Part shown: positions 39,606 through 47,650 of the stretch, in pieces
Numbering within the stretch: position 1 is the stretch's first letter
Layout of the letters: the number at the start of each line of letters is the position of its first letter
NCBI GenBank assembly: GCA_963707215.1
Contig: CAVPPB010000003.1
Span: forward strand, 1,472,001-1,536,000
Length of the DNA stretch: 64,000 nucleotides
Source of the DNA: an uncultured Chloroflexia bacterium
GTDB lineage: Bacteria > Chloroflexota > Limnocylindria > Limnocylindrales > CSP1-4
Reading direction: 5' to 3'
The notes under the pieces: model-generated
Database searches by the model: none
Told to the model about the DNA's origin: nothing
What the model saw: the letters and a program-made list of their open reading frames with translations, nothing else
Made by a program: the position numbers and the translations under genes

Positions 39606-40538
39606 GTGCAGGAGCGCCGGCCGCCCCATCCCGCGAACGAGCTCAACGAGCTGAGCGGCGAGGAGTGGCTCTACTTCACCAAGTCGGTCTGGTCGACGGC
39701 CTACCCCTCCGAGCTCGGCCACGCGCTCCGGAAGGCCCATGGGGCGAACAAGCCGCCCCGCCTGATGGCCCGCCTGATCGAGTTCTTCACCCGCTCCGGG
39801 GAGCTGGTCCTCGACCCGTTCGCCGGCGTCGGCGGGACGCTGCTGGGGGCGGCGATCGCGCGCGGTCCACGCCGAGCGCTGGGGCTCGAGCTGGACCCTC
39901 GCTGGGCGGCCGTGTACGAGACCGTGCTCGCCGCCGCCCAGGCCGAGCGGGATGGCGCTGGGCCCCTGCTGGCGGATCTCGGGGCGCAGGATCCCGGCGG
40001 CCCGCGGAGCTTCGACCCGTCAGGCCTCGAGCTCAGGGTCGGAGATGCCGTCGAGTTCCTCGCCGAGCTGCCGGACGACGCCGTCGACTTCGTGGCGACC
40101 GATCCGCCGTACAACATCCAGCTGCCGCTGACGATGGCCGGCGGTCCTCTTGCCGAGCGTCACGCGAACCGCCGGACCGACTACGCGATGATCGGCGACG
40201 ACCCGGCCGACCTGGCCAACAGCCCGGACTACGGGACGTACCTCGACCGGATGGAGGGCGTCCTGCGAGAGCTGCACCGGGTCCTGCGGCCTGGCCGCTA
40301 CGCGACCGTCATCGTCCGCGACGCCTACCAGGGTGGTCGCTACCTGTTCACGGCGGCAGACCTCGCGGCCCGGGCGAGCGACGTCGGGTTCGTGCCGAAG
40401 GGGGACCTGGTCTGGTACCAGGCCGGCACCCGGCTCCGCCCGTACGGCTATCCGCGGAGCTTCGTGCCGAACATCGCCCACCAGCACATCCTGGTGCTCC
40501 GCCGGGAAGGTCAGGCGCGGGCCCGGGCGGCCCGGTAG
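39606..40538 (+). CDS. Orphan SAM-dependent amino-methyltransferase (N4C/N6A DNA MTase-like, permuted)
   Basis: HGANKPPRL, VLDPFAGVGGT (motif I), TDPPY (motif IV), RVLRPG. Confidence 0.85.
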   Translation: MQERRPPHPANELNELSGEEWLYFTKSVWSTAYPSELGHALRKAHGANKPPRLMARLIEFFTRSGELVLDPFAGVGGTLLGAAIARGPRRALGLELDPRWAAVYETVLAAAQAERDGAGPLLADLGAQDPGGPRSFDPSGLELRVGDAVEFLAELPDDAVDFVATDPPYNIQLPLTMAGGPLAERHANRRTDYAMIGDDPADLANSPDYGTYLDRMEGVLRELHRVLRPGRYATVIVRDAYQGGRYLFTAADLAARASDVGFVPKGDLVWYQAGTRLRPYGYPRSFVPNIAHQHILVLRREGQARARAAR

Positions 40539-42097
40539 GCGGCGATCACGTCGTCGTCGATGCGCTCGTCATCGAGGTTCCCGGCCGCCGCGTCGGTCGT
40601 GGGCTGCCGGTAGGTCCAGGTCGGCATCGGGCGGGCGGCCGTGAGACGGGCGGCCAGGCCCGGTTCCAGCAGCTCCTCGTCACTCCGCCGGTCCGACCGG
40701 ACATCCTGGTCGCCCTCGACGTCCACCGCGGAGCCGAGCACCATCCGGTGGACCCAGCCTCGATTCCCGTCCGGGCAGAGGACGAGCCAGTAGCTGCCCG
40801 AGCTCTCGCAGAGGGCGACCTCGTCGCCCTCGTCGAGCAGGCCGATCTCGCGGGCCGTGAACTCGTCGGGCGAGTCAAGCAGGCGGACCACCCGATAGCG
40901 GATCCGGCGCCGCTCCAGGTCGTCGTCGAGGGGTACGGCCGCGCTGTCGAAGGTCAGACGAGGGGCCGGCTCGGGCTCGGGAGCGCGCGCGGGATCGTGT
41001 TTGCGGGCCTGAAGAAGGGACGGCCGGCGCCAGCGGGGGATCAGTGCCTCCGGATCCGTCCCGGGCGCTGCCGGTCCCTGTCCGGGCCACGCGGCGACGG
41101 CCATCGCACCGGATGCCAGCGCGGCGTCGGCGGACGCGGCGGCGGACCGCCCGCCCGACGGATCGTCCTCGTCGTCGTCGCGCCGGCGGCCGAAGAGGAG
41201 GAAGGCGGTGACCATCGCCGCACCGCCGATGGTCGAGATGACCACGGAGGTGAATGGATCGGCGACCAGCAAGTCGGGCGGCAACCCTGGGAGCGCCCCC
41301 CGACCGGGGGCGACGGCAGGTCCCGGGACGCGGCGGGTCGGGATGGGCCGCGGGTCACCGGCGGTCGCGGCACTCGGGGGCATCCACCAGCCAGGATCGA
41401 TTGCACCGACAGAGCCGCCCGGGGCCAGGCCTGGATCGCGGGACTCCCCGAAGCGATCCGCGGGCGGGGTCGGGGCCTCGAGAGTCGGTCCGACGAGTGC
41501 CGTGGGAGCGTTGGTGGGCTCCGGCTGAGGTGGGGCGGGGGCGTCGATCGCGGACCCGCCGCCGGCGTCCGGGGGGCTGAACACAGCCGGCGGCGGAGGC
41601 GCCGGGGTCGCGGGCGGCGGCGGCTTCGTCGTACCGCCGCCCGAGCCACTGTCGCCGGGCGTCGGCGCCGGAGCCGGGGGCGGCGTGACGGTCATCCAGC
41701 CATCGTCGAGCTCGCCGACGGCGCCCTCCGGATCGACCGCCACGTAGTGGACGTCGAGCTTGCCGGCCGGCGGGGAGGCTACGGCCATGTAGATGACGCC
41801 CTTGCGGACGTTCCCGTCGGCGCCGGCCGGGGCCATCGCGTAGCTCACCGGACCGACCCGGACCACGACCGACACGGGATCGAGGCCACCGCGATGGCGG
41901 TACTCGATCCGGAACGTCACGGGTTCGCCGGCCGCCGACGACCGATCCGAGACCGATGGCTGCGAGAGCCGGATCGGGCTCGGGGCGGCGCCCAGCGAGG
42001 GTCCGACCGCGACGAGGACCAGGACCAGCGCCGCCGACCATGCGACGGCCAGGCCCCGGACCCCACCCGGGGCCGGGGGGCGATGGATGAGACCCAT
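40511..42097 (-). CDS. Membrane-anchored Pro-rich protein with C-terminal SH3-like domain
   Basis: Signal peptide, beta domain, Pro linker, TM+RRR, then IGLLDEGDEV...YWLVLCPDGNRGWVH. Confidence 0.7.
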   Translation of the reverse strand: MGLIHRPPAPGGVRGLAVAWSAALVLVLVAVGPSLGAAPSPIRLSQPSVSDRSSAAGEPVTFRIEYRHRGGLDPVSVVVRVGPVSYAMAPAGADGNVRKGVIYMAVASPPAGKLDVHYVAVDPEGAVGELDDGWMTVTPPPAPAPTPGDSGSGGGTTKPPPPATPAPPPPAVFSPPDAGGGSAIDAPAPPQPEPTNAPTALVGPTLEAPTPPADRFGESRDPGLAPGGSVGAIDPGWWMPPSAATAGDPRPIPTRRVPGPAVAPGRGALPGLPPDLLVADPFTSVVISTIGGAAMVTAFLLFGRRRDDDEDDPSGGRSAAASADAALASGAMAVAAWPGQGPAAPGTDPEALIPRWRRPSLLQARKHDPARAPEPEPAPRLTFDSAAVPLDDDLERRRIRYRVVRLLDSPDEFTAREIGLLDEGDEVALCESSGSYWLVLCPDGNRGWVHRMVLGSAVDVEGDQDVRSDRRSDEELLEPGLAARLTAARPMPTWTYRQPTTDAAAGNLDDERIDDDVIAAYRAARARA

Positions 42098-42340
42098 CGG
42101 ATGATGCCTCCGCGCCGAGCGATAGGTGCTCGACACGGACCGAGGATGGGCGGCGGGTGGCGGGTGGGCAATGGTACGGGGGTCCCGCCCGGCCGGGGCC
42201 ATCGGGCAAGCGCCCCGAGCGGATGGGTGCGGTCAGCATCGGTCCGGGGCGGAGCCGTGGCGTCCGGGCGTCGAACGGATGCCAGGGCTGGTCCGATTCG
42301 GCTATCCCGGGAGCCGGGGGCGGCGCCCGATGATGCCGTC

Positions 42341-43102
42341 ATGCCGGTCCTCGTCGCGTCCCGCGACCGCTCCGTCGCGCGCTCATTCGCGAGCGCGTTC
42401 GTTGGTCTGACGGTCGGCACGATCCTCCTTGGGGGAGGGATCCTGCTCGGCTACCTGCTGCTGACCGCCGGGATCGTGGAGCGGTTCGCCGTGCCGCCGC
42501 GGCCGAGCCCCGTGGAGATGGCCGCCGGCGTGCTCGCCTGGACCTTCGCGCTCGTGGTACCGGCCGGGTTCGCGGTGATCGGGGCCCTCCGGCTCCTCGA
42601 CACGATCGGCGTCAGCAGGCACCGACCGCGGATCCGCCCGGCGGCCCGCGTAGCCCATGCGATGCCCGACGATCACCTTGTCGCATCGCGTGTCCGCCTG
42701 CCGGATGGCCGGCTGGTGCCGGAGCTGATCGTGGGTCCGTTCGGGGTCGTGGTCGTCGGCGAGCTGCCGCCGGCGGGCGCATCACGCCACAGCGGCGGGC
42801 GCTGGGAGGTCCGGGTCGAGCGCGGGCGCTGGGTCCCGATCGAGAACCCGCTCGACCGGACCAGCCGTGACGCCGAGCGGGTCCGCCGATGGCTCGGCTC
42901 GGACGACAGCGATCACGTGGTCCGCGTCCATGCCGTGCTGATCGATCCAGACCGACGGGTCGAGCGGACGCCGACCTGCGCCGTCACGACGGCCCAGGAG
43001 CTGCCGGCCTGGCTGGCGTCGCTGCCGGCCCAGCGCTCGTTCGTGGCGGATCGCCAGGCCCGGGTGGCGGATACGGTGCGCGCTTCCCTCGACGGAGGCT
43101 GA
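42341..43102 (+). CDS. Two-TM membrane protein with NERD-like domain
   Basis: ELIVGPFGVVVV, GRWE, ENPLDR..RDAERVRRWL; 3' part of a long shadow ORF. Confidence 0.65.
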   Translation: MPVLVASRDRSVARSFASAFVGLTVGTILLGGGILLGYLLLTAGIVERFAVPPRPSPVEMAAGVLAWTFALVVPAGFAVIGALRLLDTIGVSRHRPRIRPAARVAHAMPDDHLVASRVRLPDGRLVPELIVGPFGVVVVGELPPAGASRHSGGRWEVRVERGRWVPIENPLDRTSRDAERVRRWLGSDDSDHVVRVHAVLIDPDRRVERTPTCAVTTAQELPAWLASLPAQRSFVADRQARVADTVRASLDGG

Positions 43103-43116
43103 GGCCGGGCCGAGGC

Positions 43117-43192
43117 TGGTAGGGGAGCCAGGATTCGAACCTGGGACCGCCCGGATATAAGCCGGGTGCTCTAACCGCTGAGCTACTCCCCC
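43117..43192 (-). tRNA. tRNA-Ile with anticodon TAT (UAU)
   Basis: GGGGGAG TA GCTC AGCGGTTA GAGC A CCCGG CTTATAT CCGGG CGGTC CCAGG TTCGAAT CCTGG CTCCCCT A CCA; full 76-nt cloverleaf with encoded CCA. Confidence 0.95.
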
Positions 43193-43250
43193 ATCGGACG
43201 CCTGGCAGGGCCAAGCCCAGGGCATCGTACCCCCGGATGCCAGCGCAGCT

Positions 43251-44060
43251 CTACCCGAGCGAGCGCATCGGCGGAAGGCGGCGACCACCCAGGACCCGGA
43301 CGGAGACGAGCACGACCATCGCGGCGACGATCAGGACGGCGGCGGCCGCGACCGCCGCGTCGAGACTGCCAGCGAACTCGGCGTAGACGAGCAGGGGCAG
43401 CGTCTGGGTGAGTCCCGGCAGGCTGCCGGCCAGCAGGATGGTCGCCCCGAACTCGCCGAGCGCACGGGCCCAGGCGGTCACGAGGGCCGCCGCCAGGGCC
43501 GATGACGTCAGTGGCAGGTCGATCCGGCGAAGGGTCTCGAGTTCACCCGCACCATCGACACGGGCCGCATCCTCGATGTCGCGGTCGACGCCGGCCAGCG
43601 CGGCGCGGGCGGCCCGGACGAAGATCGGGCCGGCGACGAAGACCTGGGCGACGACGACGGCCGCGGTCGTGAACGGGATGACGATCCCGAGGTCCGCCAG
43701 CAGCGTGCCGAGCGCCCCCTGGCTGCCGAGGACCAGCAGGAGGGCCAGACCGGCGACGACCGGGGGCAGGACGACCGGCAGGTCGACGATCGTCTCCACG
43801 AGGATCGCGCCCGGGATCCGGCGACGTGCCAGCAGGAAGGCCAGCGGCACACCCAGGAGGACGACGACGACGATGGACACGGCGGTCGTGGCCAGGCTCA
43901 GCCCAAGGGCGACGAGGACGTCGGAGCGGACGGCCACGTCGGCCAGGAAGCCGCCGAGGACCGCCCGGCCGAGCAGGGCCACGATCGGCAAGGCCAGGAA
44001 GGTCAGGAGGAGGCCGGCCGGGATGGCCAGGGCGAGCTCGGTCGGGATCGAGCGCCGCAT
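43251..44060 (-). CDS. modB: Molybdate ABC transporter permease
   Basis: DLPVVLPPVVAGLALL, EDAARVDGA, WARALGEFGAT, TQTLPL. Confidence 0.93.
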   Translation of the reverse strand: MRRSIPTELALAIPAGLLLTFLALPIVALLGRAVLGGFLADVAVRSDVLVALGLSLATTAVSIVVVVLLGVPLAFLLARRRIPGAILVETIVDLPVVLPPVVAGLALLLVLGSQGALGTLLADLGIVIPFTTAAVVVAQVFVAGPIFVRAARAALAGVDRDIEDAARVDGAGELETLRRIDLPLTSSALAAALVTAWARALGEFGATILLAGSLPGLTQTLPLLVYAEFAGSLDAAVAAAAVLIVAAMVVLVSVRVLGGRRLPPMRSLG

Positions 44061-44917
44061 CAGCCCGGCCCGCCGAAGCCGAACCCGGCGATGATCGTTC
44101 GTGCCTCCTCGCTCGCCAGCCAGTCGACGAAGTCGGCCGTGAGTTCCGGGTCGGCGGCACGGGCGAGCGCGACGGCCACATACGTGGCGACGACGGAGGC
44201 TGTATCGGGCAGCGGGACCTCGCGCACGGCCGGGCGGTCACGGAGGTCCGTGGAGTAGACGAAGCCCGCGTCCCCCTCGCCCAGCTCGAGCTTGGTGACC
44301 ACCGCCCGGACGTTCGCCTCTTCGCTCACGACGTTGGCAGCCACACGGGCCGCGAAGTCCGCCGGGGCGCCCGGGAGCGCGGCCAGCCGGCCGACGACCT
44401 CGGACCCGTAGCGAGCGATCGGGACCGCCGGGGCTGCTGCCACGATCCGGACGCCATCGTCGGCGAGGTCCCAGGGATCGGCGACGGACGACCCCCGGGA
44501 CGGGACCGCGAGGACCACCCGAGCGGTCGCGAAGTCGCGCGCGGCGGTCGCCGTCAGCCCGGCAGCCGCGAGCGGCTCGACCTCGGCAGGACTGGCAGGG
44601 GCGAAGATATCGGCCGGCGCGCCCTGCTCGATCTGGACCCGCAGCGTCGACGAGGCGTCCGACGCCACCACGACCGTGACCCCCGGGTGACCGGCTTCGT
44701 ACTCGGTGGCCAGCGCCGCGACGAGGTCACGGAGCGACGACGCCGCGAAGACCGTCAGTCGGGGACCGGCCAGGCCATCGGAACAGCCGGCGAGGGTGAC
44801 CGCCGCTGCCAGCACGACCGCGGCGACCATCGGGCGTGACCTGTCGGATCGGCCCCGATCCGGCCGGCCCGGGTCGCTGGCACCCCTGGCCGGCCGCCGC
44901 GGGGGCGGCCAGGTCAT
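44060..44917 (-). CDS. modA: Molybdate ABC transporter substrate-binding lipoprotein (start may be 44830)
   Basis: LAGC lipobox, VFAASSL, ASSTLRVQIEQGAPADIF, VPIARY, NVRAVV, GFVYSTD. Confidence 0.92.
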   Translation of the reverse strand: MTWPPPRRPARGASDPGRPDRGRSDRSRPMVAAVVLAAAVTLAGCSDGLAGPRLTVFAASSLRDLVAALATEYEAGHPGVTVVVASDASSTLRVQIEQGAPADIFAPASPAEVEPLAAAGLTATAARDFATARVVLAVPSRGSSVADPWDLADDGVRIVAAAPAVPIARYGSEVVGRLAALPGAPADFAARVAANVVSEEANVRAVVTKLELGEGDAGFVYSTDLRDRPAVREVPLPDTASVVATYVAVALARAADPELTADFVDWLASEEARTIIAGFGFGGPG

Positions 44918-45336
44918 CTGGGGACCTCGACGATGACCTGGGTCGCCTTGACGACGCAGACCGCCTCGTCGCCGATGGAGAGGTCCAACTCGTCCACGGC
45001 CTCGGCGGTCATGAGGCTCAGCAGCCGATGGGGTCCGGCCAGCACCTCGACCGTGGCGGCCACGCCGTCCCGCTCGATGCGGGTGACGATGCCGGCGAAG
45101 CGATTGCGCGCCGATTGGGCCACGATCGGCCGATCGGCTGTGGTCCGGCGACGCTCAGCCAGGAGCCGGCTCACCTCGCTGATCGGCACCAGCCGCTGCC
45201 CTCCGGCACTCCGGGTCGTCTGCAGCCGACCCTCCTCGGTCCAGCGGCGGAGGGTATCGACCCCGACGCCGAGCAGCTCGGCGGCCTGGCCGATGCGGAT
45301 CGTCCGGGAGTGGGCCGCTTGCCCATCCGGTTTCAT
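44914..45336 (-). CDS. MerR-like HTH + TOBE/molbindin molybdate regulator
   Basis: IGQAAELLGVGVDTLRRW, SARNRFAG, VVKATQV. Confidence 0.9.
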   Translation of the reverse strand: MKPDGQAAHSRTIRIGQAAELLGVGVDTLRRWTEEGRLQTTRSAGGQRLVPISEVSRLLAERRRTTADRPIVAQSARNRFAGIVTRIERDGVAATVEVLAGPHRLLSLMTAEAVDELDLSIGDEAVCVVKATQVIVEVPR

Positions 45337-45380
45337 AGCTAGACATCATCACAACCTGAGTGAGAATTGTCTAGATATGA
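45333..45380. promoter_or_regulatory. Inverted repeat over the mod operon promoter/start
   Basis: TCATAGCTAGACA (45333-45345) / TGTCTAGATATGA (45368-45380), 12 of 13 complementary, AT-rich island. Confidence 0.6.
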
Positions 45381-45414
45381 CGTTCCTTTGGGGCGGGAAA
45401 CGCCACCTGCCCGG

Positions 45415-45450
45415 CGCCGACCACGCCGACCGCGCCGACCACGCCGAGCG
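45415..45450. repeat. Four tandem 9-bp repeats
   Basis: CGCCGACCA CGCCGACCG CGCCGACCA CGCCGAGCG. Confidence 0.55.
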
Positions 45451-45451
45451 G

Positions 45452-45745
45452 TCAGCGAGGATCGATCCTGCGGGCGAGGGCTCTGAGGCTGAACGGTCGC
45501 GGCTCGAGCGGGCGGGACCCATCCGGGTCGCTCTGGGCCAGGCCGTCGCGCTCGGCCTCGGCGGGCCCCGACGCTTCGGCGGGCGACGAACCCGTCGACC
45601 CTTCCTCCTCGAGGCCCCGGAAGGCTTCGAGCGGCAGGTCATCCGGGTCGAGGGGTCGCTCCTGGACCTCGATCGGGCGCGGAGGGCGCGCGTAGGCAGG
45701 GGCTCCGTAGAGCTTGGGCAGCGCGACGTACTGCTGCTCGTCCAT
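45452..45745 (-). CDS. Hypothetical protein
   Basis: MDEQQYVALPKLYGAPAYARPP..RPLDPDDLPLE; coding-like GC3. Confidence 0.7.
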   Translation of the reverse strand: MDEQQYVALPKLYGAPAYARPPRPIEVQERPLDPDDLPLEAFRGLEEEGSTGSSPAEASGPAEAERDGLAQSDPDGSRPLEPRPFSLRALARRIDPR

Positions 45746-45902
45746 CGGCCTCGTCGTTGAGTCTGATCGAGTCGGCACGGCGCCGGGACCCGTCGGGAGA
45801 CTACCGCGGACCGGACCATCGGGTCACCCCCCGGTGGCGCGGAGCGGTGGCCTCAGGTGGGCTCCGAGCCGGTCCTTGTGGTGCGCCAACGCACCATGTG
45901 GG

Positions 45903-46331
45903 TCACGAGCCGACCAGGATCGGCTTCAGCACCTGGGTCACCAGGACGAGGACGAGGTAGGCGATGGGGATGGCCGCGAAGAGCCCCAGGGCGGCGCTCC
46001 AGATCGTGCGGCGCGGTCGCCGGTCCGTCGCCGCGCCACTCGGCTGGGGCACGACCAGGTAGGTGACGAGGCTCCCGATAGCGAGGACCAGCACCACGTA
46101 GGCAGCGACGGCCAGGCTCCGCAGGTCGCCACCAGGGAGGGCGGCCCCGCGGCTCAGCGCGACGTCGTACACGAGGAGGGCGATCCCCAGGATCGAGGCG
46201 ACGACGAGGCTCGCGGCGACCGCCCGCACCACCGGCCTGGGAGCACCCCGGAACTGCCGCCAGCGGACCTCCAGCCAGGAGCGCTGGCGGATCGGCCGTC
46301 GCTCGACGTCAGATGATGGGCGTCCGCTCAC
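45903..46331 (-). CDS. Three-TM hypothetical membrane protein
   Basis: GTG overlaps upstream stop; RSWLEVRWRQFR then three hydrophobic helices. Confidence 0.75.
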   Translation of the reverse strand: MSGRPSSDVERRPIRQRSWLEVRWRQFRGAPRPVVRAVAASLVVASILGIALLVYDVALSRGAALPGGDLRSLAVAAYVVLVLAIGSLVTYLVVPQPSGAATDRRPRRTIWSAALGLFAAIPIAYLVLVLVTQVLKPILVGS

Positions 46332-47569
46332 GGCCGCCGAAGGTCGACGATCTCGAGGTCGCGTCGCGGCGGGATGTCCTCGGGGGTGTGGCTCGCGATC
46401 AGCTCGACGGTGGCCAGCGTCCTCTCCAGCTCGTCGGCCGAGTTCCAGGCACCCACGCTGAACCGGACCGCGTCGAGAGCGGGGATCGTCCGGCAGACGA
46501 CGAAGCCCCGGGCGGCAAGCTCGTCCATGACCGCGTGGGCGGTCCAGCCTGCGACACGGAAGCTCACCAGCGTCGCCATCTGCGCCCTCGGCGTCAGCAG
46601 CTCGACACCCGGGATGGAGGCCAGCCGGTCGGCTACGCCACGGGCCAGGGGCAGGGCTCGTCCGTGGACCCAATCCCAGCCCACGTACATCGCCAGCCAC
46701 CCGGCGGCCCGAGCCAGGCCGGCGACGGCCGGCTTGTACCAGTTGGCGGCGTCGTAGCGTCGAGCGGTCGGCCAGGGATCCGCGGTGCCACGCGCGTCGA
46801 GCCGCTCGAACGTGGACCAGCCGCCGAACGCCGGCAGTCGGTCCGTCCGAAGGTCTGGCGAGACCCACAGACCGGCGACGCCGTCGGGGCCCAGCAGCCA
46901 CTTCTGGCCGGGGAACGCGTAGAGGTCCGCACCGAGCGAGGGGGCGTCGAGCGGCATCGCTCCGGCCGCCTGGGCGCCGTCGACGACCATGATCGCCCCT
47001 CGCTCATGGGCCAGCTCGGCGATGCGAGCGACGGGGAGGACGGCCCCGGTCGACCAGGCGACGTGCGAGACGGAGACCACCCGGGTCCGCCCGTCGATCG
47101 CGTCGGCCAGCGCGGCCAGGGTCCGCCCGTCGTCGCCGCCGTCGCCGACGTCCGCGAAGACCGCTTCGACACCTCGGTCGCGGAGCGCGTACACCGGGCC
47201 GAGAGCCCCGGCGTGCTCGAGCGTGGTGGTGACGACGCGATCGCCGGGTCCGGCCCAGGCTGCCCAGCTCGCGAGGCTCATGCCGTGGGAGGTCGAGGTC
47301 GTCAGGGCGATGTCGTCGACATCGGCCGTCAGGACGGTCGCGAGGGCGGCCCTTGCCTCGTCGAGGCGCTGCATGACGAGCTCGAAGAAGGCGGGGTGCG
47401 CTCGCCCGGTCCGCAGCTCCCACTCGGCGAGCTCGGCCATCGCCGCGGCCACCTCGGATGGCAGCGGGCCGGCCGTGCCGGCGTTCAGGTAGACACCGGC
47501 AGCGACCGCCGGCAGGGCGTCACGGAACGCGCGCAGCCGCTCGTCGTCCGCGGGGAACGGTGGGATCAC
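46328..47569 (-). CDS. Class V PLP enzyme (C-DES-like cysteine/cystine lyase)
   Basis: YLNAGTAGP, EHAG, SHV, VDGAQ, FPGQKWLLGP; no SufS/IscS Cys loop recognisable. Confidence 0.88.
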   Translation of the reverse strand: MIPPFPADDERLRAFRDALPAVAAGVYLNAGTAGPLPSEVAAAMAELAEWELRTGRAHPAFFELVMQRLDEARAALATVLTADVDDIALTTSTSHGMSLASWAAWAGPGDRVVTTTLEHAGALGPVYALRDRGVEAVFADVGDGGDDGRTLAALADAIDGRTRVVSVSHVAWSTGAVLPVARIAELAHERGAIMVVDGAQAAGAMPLDAPSLGADLYAFPGQKWLLGPDGVAGLWVSPDLRTDRLPAFGGWSTFERLDARGTADPWPTARRYDAANWYKPAVAGLARAAGWLAMYVGWDWVHGRALPLARGVADRLASIPGVELLTPRAQMATLVSFRVAGWTAHAVMDELAARGFVVCRTIPALDAVRFSVGAWNSADELERTLATVELIASHTPEDIPPRRDLEIVDLRRP

Positions 47570-47650
47570 GGCCCGTATGATACCGAGCATGCCGACGCCA
47601 CCCCCCGGGCTCCGCGCCACCGGTCCAGCCGACCTGCCGACGGTCGGTCG

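Noticed and set aside
39191-43102. 1303-aa plus-strand ORF and other long Arg/Gly/Pro-rich ORFs (e.g. 3512-5905, 10017-12278, 36308-38992, 55462-58029)
   Set aside because: Shadow frames of real genes in high-GC DNA; only 42341-43102 of the 1303-aa ORF looks coding.
36218-43102. Anti-phage defence island (STAND ATPase + MTase + NERD)
   Set aside because: The ATPase ends in a LuxR HTH (regulator), the genes are on alternating strands, nuclease residues look eroded and composition matches the host.
43102-43251. tRNA as an integration site or island boundary
   Set aside because: No integrase, no duplicated tRNA 3' end seen, no compositional shift in the window.
45415-45450. Short tandem repeats as a CRISPR-like array
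   Set aside because: Only four 9-bp units, no spacers, no cas genes.
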